A DNA stretch of 64,000 bases from positions 5,331,489 to 5,395,488 of the forward strand of contig CM121342.1 in assembly GCA_051530055.1 (NCBI GenBank), read 5' to 3'. This DNA comes from Neoechinorhynchus agilis (taxonomy: Eukaryota > Animalia > Acanthocephala). This document shows, piece by piece, positions 24,400-35,774 of this stretch. The translations under genes were made by a program, and so were the position numbers. Positions within the stretch are counted from its first letter, which is position 1. Each line of letters begins with the position of its first letter. Under the pieces are notes generated by a model. The model ran no database searches. It saw nothing but the letters and a program-made list of their open reading frames with translations, and was not told where the DNA came from.

Positions 24400-26997
24400 G
24401 GAGGGGGACGTATGCTTGTTACCATACCACTCAATCTGAAAATCTTGACACTTTGACAGCTCTACAAGTGTACAATTACTTTTTCTAAGTTAATGTACTT
24501 TAATCAATTAGGTAGCATGGATTACCAGTTCTCTAACTGGAGCTTAAAGAGCTTTTGCACTTGTAGTAACGAAGCCTTGGCAAACTTTTGTTCTTAAGCT
24601 TTTCGACTTTCTATACAAATGGAGCTTTTTCTTAGGAGCCAATTGATTGTTTTAGACGAAAATTTCTAACATGCGGTTAGAGGCCACGACGATCCAAATG
24701 CAAGCCACAACATAAATTGGGCAGCCATTATCTCATCAGCATTCAATCAGAGTTAACAAATCCAAATGCGATGTCTGAAACGATAACAGAGATCAATGTC
24801 CATTAAACTAAAATTATCTCTAATCTGGGACTCTAGGATCAGTAGATAAATTCAGCGATAGTATCCCCAGGTTTTCTGATATTTAGCTTAATGGCGATAT
24901 GGATGGTGAGAATGATTGATCGCGTCGGGTGCTGAAAGGCGTTTTTAAAATACACGTTTTCGATATTAACGAATCGTTGGTCGCAAAATACGATTTCTAC
25001 TGAAATCGAGGAATTCGAATATCAATGACATTTGGAAACATTTCAGAAACAATGGGGCGAGGGGAAACTAGCAATGAGTTTATCACAATTCGGCAATTGG
25101 CGACAGAATGGACCATGAATAACATTATCTTTTGGTACATTTAAGAGCTTTACATTTTGCTTGGATGCCTCCTCACAAATGTGAGAAAATAAGACTAGAC
25201 CAATTGGAGTTTTTAATCTTTTTGATTATTTTATCCAATTGTTCCGTCGGCTGGATGTGTATTCTCACTGGCTGCGAATTTTCAAGACATCAATCTAATT
25301 CTCAAGCATCTAAAAATGGACTCGGGTGCTCTTATCCCCTTCGCGGTCATTACATTGCTGAGTTTGAGTTCTACTTGAACCTTAGAATAAGAATCTTAGA
25401 ACACAAAGGGGGATCGATTAAGCACAGACATGCCCATTGGAACTGTTAATTTTTGAAGAATATTATCAAATTATGTGGCTATCGAATGGAACTGATTTAT
25501 AGATAAGAAGCGAGAATTACTTTTCAATCTGAAATGTATTAAAGTAGATCACAGTCTAAAAAGGGCATCGCTGACAATATGAGCCGAGTGAGGGATGTTC
25601 TACAAAAACACTTAATACAACCGACTATTCAATGCTTACTTCAAGGGGTATAAAATTGGCAGAGTTTGTACAATCCGCGGATCAGTGTTTAAGTGGGTCA
25701 AGGAATCCAGAAAAAAGGGGGCAGGAAACTATCCGGAGGAATGTACAAAACTCATAACCGTATGCATCAGAGTATTCCATGGCACAGATCCCTGGGGGAT
25801 GTGCCTAAAGGAAAAAACACTTAAGAGTCGTTGGGTTGATGGAATTTTTAATCGTTTTTGTCGTTTGATATTACGACGCGCAGGACCTGGTAAATCAATT
25901 GTCGAAAAGAGACTGAGACAAATCACTTTTACGATCCGAGATCAGGAGCCCTTTCGACCATTACATCAGGACGACACCTTGAGTGATCCAGAAAGGCGGT
26001 GTTGTGAATGATTTCTGCTCCGAGGTTAAGTGAACCTTTATAAGAAAAAGCGGGAAAAAATAGAAGATTAGAATCGACTGACAAATCAATGAGAACAGGT
26101 TTCATATTTATTCGACTTAGTTTAAAAGTTAGTTTATCTGAAATTGTGACCATACCCCGTAACCCTTGTAATCTTCGGGGCATTTGTGGTAGTGCTCAAC
26201 GCGTGATTTTGCTTGTCCGAATCGAAAAGAGCACGCTTCAGCGACGGACTTTGACTGCTTTGAACACTCTCTACTTCCTTGAAAATGACTTTAGCGGTGC
26301 CTGTAGTGGTCGGATACACGTCCGCCTTCAGAACTTCGGTTTGCAAATCTCCTCGTCCACTTTTTTCTTGATGTATCAATGCATATCGATTGGCTGCTCC
26401 AGCACCCGGGATGAGCAAACATCGTATGATTTTGATCTTCGATTAAACCTCACCGTGGTCCGAAGTTGATCTGCGATGCCTGTAATGTAGACCACGTATT
26501 CAAGATATTGGAGTGCAGCGGATGGAAGCAAACGGCTACTCAATACAATAAAGAAATAGTTTGTCCTCGGAGCAAAGAACACAATTGATCTCTTCACTTG
26601 GGGTCGCACATTACAAACCCTTCACTGGGAATAGCTTAGGAGTACTTAAGGAAACGGCTCTTATATAAAACGGAATAATGGGTAGAATCTAATTAGGGAA
26701 ACCCTATGCGTTGAGATTCATGAATGTCCGGGGAAACCGACCAAAAACGTCCCGATCACCTTAGTGTTCCGGTATTCAAAACAATTCCTGCAAACAATAA
26801 AACTCGAAGGATTCCATTAACTGATTTGTTGCTTCGTCGGGGCTTGGTCCTAATTGAATTATTAATTCTAATCAAGAGTTCGAACCATTGGTCCAAATAC
26901 CGAACAAATCATAACAATATTAACCGATAATTATCATTCGATCCAATGCACTATACTTTTTTGGCGTCGTCTGACCCAAAATGTCAAAACATTTCAT
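24400..26997 (-). CDS. Probable multi-exon gene with tiny introns, unknown product (weak FN3-like hints); boundaries uncertain
   Basis: Short open segments separated by GT-AG candidates (e.g. GTAAGC..TTGTAG near 25610-25650; GTTAAT..TTGCAG at 26792-26825). Confidence 0.3.
26448..26843. repeat. Source copy of a ~370-bp segment duplicated in inverted orientation at 47270-47636
   Basis: Near-identical reverse-complement match read by eye. Confidence 0.9.
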
Positions 26998-27117
26998 GTT
27001 AGTAATTCTCACCTCTAAACAAGACAAATATTTGCGATTTCAAAAGGTTCGATTCGTGTACCGTATAGAACTCATGAAGCTTCAAACGATATAGTTGAGC
27101 GATTTAGACAGGCAAAA

Positions 27118-27441
27118 ATGAAAGGATTTCTCGTTTTTGTTTCATTGTTTTCGCTGATATTATGCGACCGTGAACAGAGTTCATTTTTGCCTTCTCAACT
27201 CGACCGTTTCATCCGAAATATGGCTCATGCAATGACATCTCGATTCTGTGAAGTCGAAATAACAAATCTTCCATCGGAAATAAAGTGCGGACAAACTATA
27301 CTTGTACAGTTCAAAGTACTCATTGAAAAAATGGATGATATGATCTATGAGATAGAGATTTACGTTCAACCGAAAGGATTTTGTGTCTTAAATCTCACTT
27401 ATTTAAATCCACCTGAATACAGACTTGTGGATCTATTTTAA
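27118..27441 (+). CDS. First exon(s) of a secreted protein; probably continues downstream
   Basis: MKGFLVFVSLFSLILC signal peptide. Confidence 0.5.
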   Translation: MKGFLVFVSLFSLILCDREQSSFLPSQLDRFIRNMAHAMTSRFCEVEITNLPSEIKCGQTILVQFKVLIEKMDDMIYEIEIYVQPKGFCVLNLTYLNPPEYRLVDLF

Positions 27442-28019
27442 CTCTCTTTTTTGTGTTTTTAACATAATCAATAAAAACATAAATCTTTTGTCGATAGAAT
27501 CCTTCGAAAAATATAATGTTGGTGAAAATCCGTTGGGTTTCTCTCCATTTTAACTTAGATTAAAAAAGACAGCGCCCAGTCTTTCTTTTTAGCAATATCC
27601 AGCAAGATTGTAGCAATGAAGTGTTCAATGAATCGATCTTTCTAAGGCCACAGAGATACTTTTGAAAAGTTTGATTATTAGTGATAATTGTAAACATACG
27701 CAAATGACTGGGAAATATTTCTCCTATAAATCAAATATAGGTTATAACCGGTGGATTTTCAATATTAAATCTTTTCTTTTTTGGAAGTGTTCAAATCATT
27801 GAATATGGTCGTGAAGCCATGTTCGAATTTGATCGCAAATATTGCGACTTTGTTAAATATTGATTTTCTGTGAGAGATCACCGCTCGTAAAAGCATTGTT
27901 ATTGTTGCCAATCACGCAGACTTAGCGCAAAAGCCTTTTTCTCATAGAGGACCCATAGATTTCGAAGCTGAACATACTAAAAACCCATCATCCGTACTTT
28001 ACATCAAGAATTTATTGTT

Positions 28020-28379
28020 CTATGAAATAACGAAAACGATAATTTCGCAATGAAGAATCTTGGTACAAAATCGAGCTCTTATCATGTGATCATCGCATTG
28101 ATTCCAAACACAACGACAATAAGTATTGATCTCGTTCGATTTGTGATCGGTCTCCTCTCTTAAATTTACGTGAATCGCAAATTTACGTTTCTCCCTAGAT
28201 GTATCAATGAGCTCTAGCATTTTTTGTTTTATATCAAGTGCTATTTGGTCGCTAAGAGCACTTAGACCAATTAAACCAACATCTTTTGTTGACAATTTCT
28301 CACAAATGTAACTTTGAATGGTTGTCTTTGCGGCGGCGGCGACGGCATCGAAGTTGTCTTTGGACATTGAGTTTCTCAT
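28020..28379 (-). CDS. Tctex-1-type dynein light chain family protein
   Basis: 119 aa; LSDQIALDIKQKM, KRKFAIHVNL and RCVWNQCDDHM match the Tctex-1 domain (R.KY.V.V..; CLWD...D). Confidence 0.75.
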   Translation of the reverse strand: MRNSMSKDNFDAVAAAAKTTIQSYICEKLSTKDVGLIGLSALSDQIALDIKQKMLELIDTSREKRKFAIHVNLREETDHKSNEINTYCRCVWNQCDDHMIRARFCTKILHCEIIVFVIS

Positions 28380-29382
28380 CTTTGTTTAGAATTGTGTTCC
28401 AAAACGTAGCCATGGTTACATCTTTCAATATGATCCAAAAAGCATTCTAACAAGTATAACGATTCAAGAAAGGAATATAATTAGCAGAACTCCGTATTTT
28501 TGTAGAGATCAAACTTGATTTGAATTGCCTATCATTCAATACTAATGGATTACTTTTATAAAGATTGGCCAGTCGGTAACTTATATCAATGTGTGGTGGC
28601 CTTTTATCCACGGCTGATACTTTCCCTTGGGCACACAACCCACCGACCTGGTTCAGGGAAGCGAATAAAATCAATTAATATCGATAAATCTTCCCGTAAA
28701 AGAGTTTGTACATCCTCGTCCGGATTCTCAGGTACCTCCCCCGAGGACGTGGGACTTATCAGTGAGTTTCCTCCTAACTTCATCGAGATATTTCGTCCCT
28801 TTTGATTGTGTGTGTCATCAGCAGTAACGGATTCGAATCCGTTGAGGTTCGCAGAGAACGTCTTTTCTTTTTGATAAATTACCTCTACAAAACTTTCGCC
28901 CGATATTCAAGGATCACGATTAAAAATATCTTTGGTTTCGCTTGTAGAAAAACGATCAAAAGTATTGCTTCATTGAGGATCGCTCGGAATAGTGTTTCAA
29001 TATTTAAAGAGATCAAAACAATTTCAATAATTCTAAAACAACAACCAGCACTCGATCTCCGCCTCCTTGATTCTGCAACGAAATCACATCGATTTATTCT
29101 ATTTTTTGGTGAAACTATTTCGCTTTTCATTCTTGTAAACATTTAGACGTTGTTCCCTCGCTGTATCGCGATTGCGATTCGTTGAGGAAATATTTCGAAA
29201 GCCTTCTTGGTAAGTGCGTTCTTCCGTAGTAATGAATCTTTTCAAAATAATTCAAATGTATCGATGACGAGTCACTGTTTATCTTTCTTTTTTGTTCGTG
29301 CCGTCAAATCTTGGAGGCTTTTCATTGGAAAAAATTGAAAATTCTTACTTTTCCTTTATTTTCTAAACAAGATCTCGATTTT

Positions 29383-29888
29383 TCATGTCGCACGTTTAGA
29401 ATTTTGTATATGTGTGTTCTTTCACTAGAACTCGATTTGTTTATTGTTTGCGAATAAACATTTGTTGTTGTTTTTTTCGATTGTTCATGTCGCACGTTTA
29501 GAATTTTGTATATGTGTTATCTTTCACTAGAACTCGATTTGTTTATTGTTTGCGGATAAACATTTGTTGTTGTTTTTTTCGATTGTTCATGTCGCACGTT
29601 TAGAATTTTGTATATGTGTTATCTTTCACTAGAACTCGATTTGTTTATTGTTTGCGGATAAACATTTGTTGTTGTTTTTTTCGATTGTTCATGTCGCACG
29701 TTTAGAATTTTGTATATGTGTTATCTTTCACTAGAACTCGATTTGTTTATTGTTTGCGAATAAACATTTGTTGTTGTTTTTTTCGATTGTTCATGTCGCA
29801 CGTTTAGAATTTTGTATATGTGTTATCTTTCACTAGAACTCGATTTGTTTATTGTTTGCGGATAAACATTTGTTGTTGTTGTTTTTCG
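29383..29888. repeat. Tandem repeat, 102-bp unit x ~5
   Basis: TCATGTCGCACGTTTAG recurs at 29383, 29485, 29587, 29689 and 29791. Confidence 0.95.
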
Positions 29889-30022
29889 ATCTCGCTTTCT
29901 AGATCGACTCCCCGATTTTTTCTCTCTCTAATTGTTCTCGATCGAAGTATCCACCTCTTAATCGATGTGCTTTGAACTTTGTGTGTTCCACGTTTTCTTC
30001 GAATAGACAAAAATCTTTGTAG

Positions 30023-30388
30023 ATGACGAACGCCCCAAACCCTTTCGGTACGAATGGACACGTCTCCGGTTCGGTTCCCCCGGACGATTTCCACCCTCAG
30101 AACCCGGACAATAATTACATTGAACAAGAACAGCGTTCACTCGAGCAACCAGACGATGATACAATCAATAGTTTGGCACAACAAATCCACAGCAAGTTCA
30201 ATGAAGTTAATCAACTTCTTTATACGCTCCAAAAGTCAGTACCGCAGGCTTACTCTAATCCTAGACAAGGTCCTGAACGAATCAGGCGCCAAATTCAAGT
30301 TATCAAAGGGTTACTCAAGGAAATAACGGCCGATGCTGTTCTCGTACAAAATGCAGCGGCAGCTACCAATGATGGAGGAGCGCTGTAA
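30023..30388 (+). CDS. CDK2AP1: CDK2-associated protein 1/2 (DOC-1)-like
   Basis: SKFNEV..LL..L.KSVPQAYS.....ERIRRQI..IKGLLKE aligns without gaps to the recalled [44 protein letters not shown]. Confidence 0.7.
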   Translation: MTNAPNPFGTNGHVSGSVPPDDFHPQNPDNNYIEQEQRSLEQPDDDTINSLAQQIHSKFNEVNQLLYTLQKSVPQAYSNPRQGPERIRRQIQVIKGLLKEITADAVLVQNAAAATNDGGAL

Positions 30389-30551
30389 GAGAATAGAACA
30401 CCACATATTATAATCGTCCTAACAATACACATTTAATTCTCATCAGTCTTTTTTGAACACTAACACACTTTAGAAATTTCCAATGAAAGCTCAAATCAAT
30501 TTAAAAAAAGCTTGAACATTTCATTTATTTACACCATTCCGAGAAAACGCA

Positions 30552-32850
30552 TTAGTCACTTTCGGTCCGAGAAATATCGGACAGTATCACAACATGTTGG
30601 CCTGTGAAAGTATTTGGTTGAATGGTAACGTCGAACATTGACTTTGTCGATGATGATGATGATTGTCGATTGATTAGATGGTCATCGGTGACTTCTACCA
30701 GAACTCTAATCACATTAACAGTTGTTTGAAACGTTCCACATAAACGAACCCTGGTGATGGTTGTGGTTCATGTAGTAGAAGACTAGATATACTTATATTG
30801 AACCGTCTTGATAACTAAGCATTTTTTAGAGTCAAATTTCGTTGTTGCATACAAGAGCGCCTCGAACCGCTGCTTTAAGTTTCTCTGAGCTTGCCTCAGA
30901 CAATCTAATGGTCTGAAATGGTTTATTTTTATCGCTTCTAATTAGTACACTGTATCGTATGCTCCTTTTCTTGACCAAAGTCCTTCTTGTAGCATAGGAT
31001 TTCTCAGAATACCTTTCACGCCTCATCTCGTTGCCGATAATTTCATCAACACTTTCAAACACCTACTTTCCATTAGAAACCAACAAAATCACTAATGTGT
31101 CTTACATGCTTGGGAATGAACAATACGGGCAATAGCATATCCGTGTCGCAATTTGCTTCCAGTTTAACACACTTCACCGGATCTTCCAAACATGGAGGAA
31201 GAAGAGACTTAAGTCCAAGTTTTCGTTGTTCGTCTCGCCATTTCCTTTCAGCTCCCTTCAAACAGAAATCAATTAGTGCTATTCGGATACGAATTGATGA
31301 TAACCTTGTCGCAAAATACTCTTAGTCCAATCGAAGCTCGATAGGAGGACAATTCTGCTTTTGGAGGCTCATTAAGGTCGAAAATGTCTACTCTCAATCG
31401 TAAAGGAGTTATCTGCAAAACACCAATAATGATCACAGCCATTTTTGAGGCATTTGATCAAACCTTACAATTCTTGTTGCCACAAAAGTCGTTACTGAGA
31501 CAATTTATGGATACGTCCACCTTTGCACCTAAAATTAGTGCTCACGTTTGATAAATGACACTTACCTTCAGGTTCCCCTTAGAAGACTTCCAACAAAATC
31601 GTGCTCCGTTATATGCTAATTCTTCAACAGAGCCATCCACATTCGAATATGTGTCATCTAAGTTTTCAAGAAGTCTTTATTCTTTTTCGAGCTGATCTTA
31701 CAAATAATGAGTGCCCGTTGGCGCTGGTCTAAGGGTCGCTTTGAATACCACTTGTTCCAAGAATTGTATTGCTGGAGATTAGACGATCTTCCGTTCGCAA
31801 CGAGCGTCACGTAAACCTGAAAGGAGTTTTGACACAATTTTAACTCGAGGAGAATACATGCGAATTATTTGCAGTGGTCAACTTTGAGAAATCACTACTT
31901 ACATTGTAAAGTACGGCCCTTGTTGGTGTGGCAGCATGAAGGCTAAGGCAATAATTTTGTCCCTTATTAAGGAATGGTACAGGTGATCCGAAGTCGTCCA
32001 GAATTGGAGAGCACAATGAAGTTAAGTAACATTCAAACGGTGTTGTTGAACTATTCGTTTTCATTGATTCTGGATTTGTCACATTTATCTGAACGTTGTT
32101 GCAGCTCATGAAATAGTTGTTGCCAACATTTGGCTGAGATGTAACGCACAAAGCCCTCTGCTGTTGCATCATTGATCCTGAAAAGAACATCTCGCTCGAA
32201 CTGAAAATCGATTCGAGTGATTGATTGGTACATGCACTAGGTGAGTACAGTTCTTGGCTTTCGGTAAAACCACTCGTTTTGCTCATCACGACAAGTTCAT
32301 TGTTTTTAGGCTGTTTCCGTGGCGGTGTTTCCAATTGTGCTACTGATTCACTGTCGACCAATGCATCCTTCGTTCCTGAGAACTGTCGTCGTTTGAGATT
32401 ACTAATATTCGTTGACACGAATGATTGAAGATCTTGCAATCCAGATTGACAGTAATCGAAGTCATATAAGTCGCCATTTAGGTCCGATGAAATGGACGCA
32501 AAGTTGTTGTTGGTTGATTCGTGTACAAAAGGTGGCGGCAGCAGCACACTGAGGCCAATAAATCACTGATGAAGTCGACATAAACTCACCATGAAAAGGT
32601 TTGTCCTGGTTGAACGTTTGTTGGTGGAGACTCTTTGGACCAGCAGTTATGTTGATTGAACGTGTCTTCAGCGGCCGCAAAATCGGTTCCAAAACTGAAT
32701 ATCTTATCTAGGTACTTGTCCGGATCCCTAAAAGGATCGGCTCACTCGTTTTTCTCGAATTTTTTTAAATCAACCTGCTGAATTGTTCAAACTCCTCCTA
32801 CAAAGCACTCATGGACATACTCACATTATCGAGTTTTTTTCAGTTGCTTG
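30552..32850 (-). CDS. Grainyhead/CP2 family transcription factor, ~10 exons with short GT-AG introns; start approximate; probable 1-nt error in GGGG at ~31575
   Basis: FLNKGQNY, EELAYNG..F.W, INCLSNDF, VFCDK/GAERKWRDEQRK, VLVEVTDD motifs. Confidence 0.85.
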
Positions 32851-33294
32851 GATGTACGAGCTCTCTGTGTCTCAAATAGCGTTTGAAATTGTGTTTTTCT
32901 CGAGCCGTGAGTACTAGTAACCGTGAGTCAGGTCCTCCTAACGTCTACATGTTTATTCGACTTAGAGGTGATTCATAAATTTTTTTAGGAGCGCACTCAC
33001 GTGATGACATGTGGGTATCTTATTTTTTTCTCACTAAAATCACTCTTTGTTTCTGGCGATTTATAGAAATTCACGATATAAAAGCATGAAAAAACAATCG
33101 GACGTGTTTTAAGTGTGGCTCTGACAATTTTGTTTAATAAACAAATATATCTATCAACAAATGAGAGTAAAACAAATAAACCCCATTTATCATGTCAAAG
33201 TGTCTTACAAACCTGGTCATGTGTCCACCAACATAGTGAAGTGTCAGTTGATCAAAAAAAAGGTTGGAAACTTCATTCGTCGATGGCACTTTAT

Positions 33295-35646
33295 TTAAAA
33301 AGGGCAATAATGGAGAACTTTCTCGTTCAGACCACGATTATCTACACCCAAATGTCTCATATAAGGATCTTGCTCAATTTCACGATCTGTTCCGTATTGG
33401 AAAAAGTGTGGAACGAGATCGCTGAGCCATTTCGGCTCTTTGACCAATGAAACATCGAATATCGTGTCGTCTTCCGATAAACTGTAGAATACAAGATAAG
33501 CCGGCGGATTCAGATTTACGTCCTTCTTATAAATCACTGAATCTTTATGAAGGGAAAACTCTTGCCCACTTAAGACGGACTCGTAGATATGCGGCCGTCG
33601 CTCTGATAGATCGCCACTTCTTTTTAGTTTAACTACATGTCGAAATAGACCTGATACAATGCATCGAAGAACGGTATCGGTAGATTCAGATGAAGAATTG
33701 GGATCAACATTTAGTTTCTCGAGTTGATTATGTAGTTGGTCTCGTATTTGGAGAGCGCGAATGCATGCTTCATGGTTGAGACCATTAGAATTGCAGAATT
33801 GTTTAGAAGGGCACGAAATGTGGAGAAATTCGGGCTAAAATCATCTTAAGACACAAAATGGCCACATCTCGTGCTTTAGATGCTGCGTTCCTTGAGAACA
33901 TCCTCATCGCGTTTAAGAGAGTAAGAAGGTCTCCTTCGGCACATGCAAAGTTCTGAACTTTTTTCGTTTGATTGATAAAAACGGCTTTGACCTGAAGCAT
34001 CGCTACAATGTCCAACATTTCAGCAACGCATCCAAACTGATCGGCTCTTAGTAACATAGCAGCACATTCCACATCGACGGGTAATTGAGCGGCCACTCGT
34101 CCTTGTGGTTCCATTAGTTCACCCGTTGTCTCATCAACGAATTTCAACGCAATGAGATTATCAAGGGCATTTATGACCGATTGAGATGGTAATTGAGTTG
34201 GTAAGTGGAACTTGCAAACGTTTTGAACTCCTAGAGATAACAATTGGAGCAGAAATCGACTAAGGTCCATTCTACATATTTCTGGTAAATTAAACGGTTT
34301 CAAGCGTATTGATTTGGTATAGAGACGATAGCATACACCTGATCGAATTCGTCCAGCGCGACCTGCACGTTGATCGGCTATATCTTTGCTTACTGGAACG
34401 GTAATGATTGTCTCGAATCCATATTTGTCCGCAAATCGTTGCTTTTAAGTCGCGAGCTCTTAACTGACGAAGAGTATACCCTAAACCTACTAATTTCGTC
34501 TATTCAATGGATTTTTGTCTGAAAACTCTTATGGATGCGACCCTCCCCCCGCTCGGCCGAACGAAACTGAAAAAAAGAAACGCGCGCGCGACCAATAGTG
34601 AATCCGGAATCGACGACGAACACAATATCAGGCACCGTAACGGACGTTTCTGCGATGCTAGTAGACAGCACAACTTTTCTCACCCTTTGATTCCTGCGTC
34701 GTTCAAATACCAAAGACTTTTTGTGTCGACTTAAGCAGGCGTACAAAGTCAAAGGTTGCATCTTCATTTGAACAAGTGGACGATTCTGGGCGACATAATC
34801 AGTTAGAAGAGTGAAAACTTCTTTAATTTCTGATTGTCCTGGCAAAAAACAAAGAATTCCTCCTGGATCATCCGGATTACTTTCATGGATATGAATGATT
34901 GTTAAGAAAGACGCTCTTACATAATCAGCGACAGGTCTTTCGACATGGAGAATTTGAACTCGGTACTGCCTTCCATCGACCTTCAAGCGAACTGCCATGT
35001 TTTCCGATCCACCATTGAAATAGTCCATAATTTCCTCGGAATTCAGGGTAGCTGACGTAAGTACAACACGAAGCTTATTAGTTTGAGACGACAGTATTTT
35101 TTTAAGAAGTGCGATCGATAGATCGATATCACAGCTACGCTCATGGACCTCATCTATGGAATGATTTCGAACCTTAAGCTTGTTCAAAATCATAGCTACC
35201 ATGATAACTTGAAAGGTGTCGTCCATCGATGGGCTCCGAACAAACGTTCTCAAAAGCATTCCAACAGTCATGTAAGTGATTCGAGTGTTCTTAGAAAGTC
35301 TTTGTTCGTTCCTGATCGAATATCCGATTTCTCCAAGATTCTCTTTGCGCTGACCAGCCACGTATCCAGCCAAAGTGACCGCTGCCATTCGACGAGGCAC
35401 TGCGACTACAATATTCTCATAACCGGCATCAAGGAGGAATTGAGGCAATTGGGTACTCTTTCCCGATCCGGTCTCACCCACGACCACAACTACGCGATAA
35501 TTCTCCACAAGGTACAGGAAATGATCACGGTGCTTCAAAATGGGCATCGAACTCCATTCAGATCCAAATTTATCGTCAGTCACTTCATCGCCTGATTTGT
35601 GGTCCACGTAATGACGATCAATCAATAGTGATCGGGAATCATCCAT
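33295..35646 (-). CDS. DHX35: DEAH-box RNA helicase, DHX35-like; three structured insertions/introns
   Basis: GETGSGKSTQLPQFL, DEVHERS, TSATL, FLPGQSEI, STSIAETSVT, QRAGRAGR, FFQYGT near the C-terminus. Confidence 0.8.
33802..33874 (-). other. Predicted GC...AA hairpin intron (73 nt) flanked by the direct repeat TCTAAA
   Basis: GCACGAGATGTGG / CCACATTTCGTGC 13/13 paired in RNA (one G.U); in-frame stop; removal gives RNAASKQFC. Confidence 0.6.
34444..34592 (-). other. Predicted GT...AA hairpin intron (149 nt)
   Basis: GTCGCGCGC / GCTCGCGAC 8/9 paired; spacer TTAAA; removal gives VVDSGFTIEQRFADKYG. Confidence 0.55.
35155..35199 (-). other. In-frame 42/45-nt hairpin insertion inside Walker B (motif II); probable non-canonical intron
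   Basis: ATGATTTTGAAC / GTTCGAAATCAT 12/12 paired in RNA; separates VIM(V) from DEVH; the GT-AG reading (46 nt) is out of frame. Confidence 0.6.
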
Positions 35647-35774
35647 ATGTAATCTAAAATATTCAATAAACCAATCGAACCATCCATATGCGATCCAAAG
35701 ACTAGAAAAAAAGGAAAATCAAACCGATCATAAGAACGAGAAAATTTAGTCGGAAATCGACCACAGGATTGCAC

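Noticed and set aside
26448-26843. Possible LTR or solo LTR (TATA and AATAAA present)
   Set aside because: No TG...CA ends or TSD seen; the segment looks like an internal exon/intron piece of a gene.
31565-31585. Phase mismatch at a Grainyhead GTAAGT intron
   Set aside because: One extra G in the GGGG run fixes it (KGEPE/GAKVD); likely a sequencing error rather than frameshifting.
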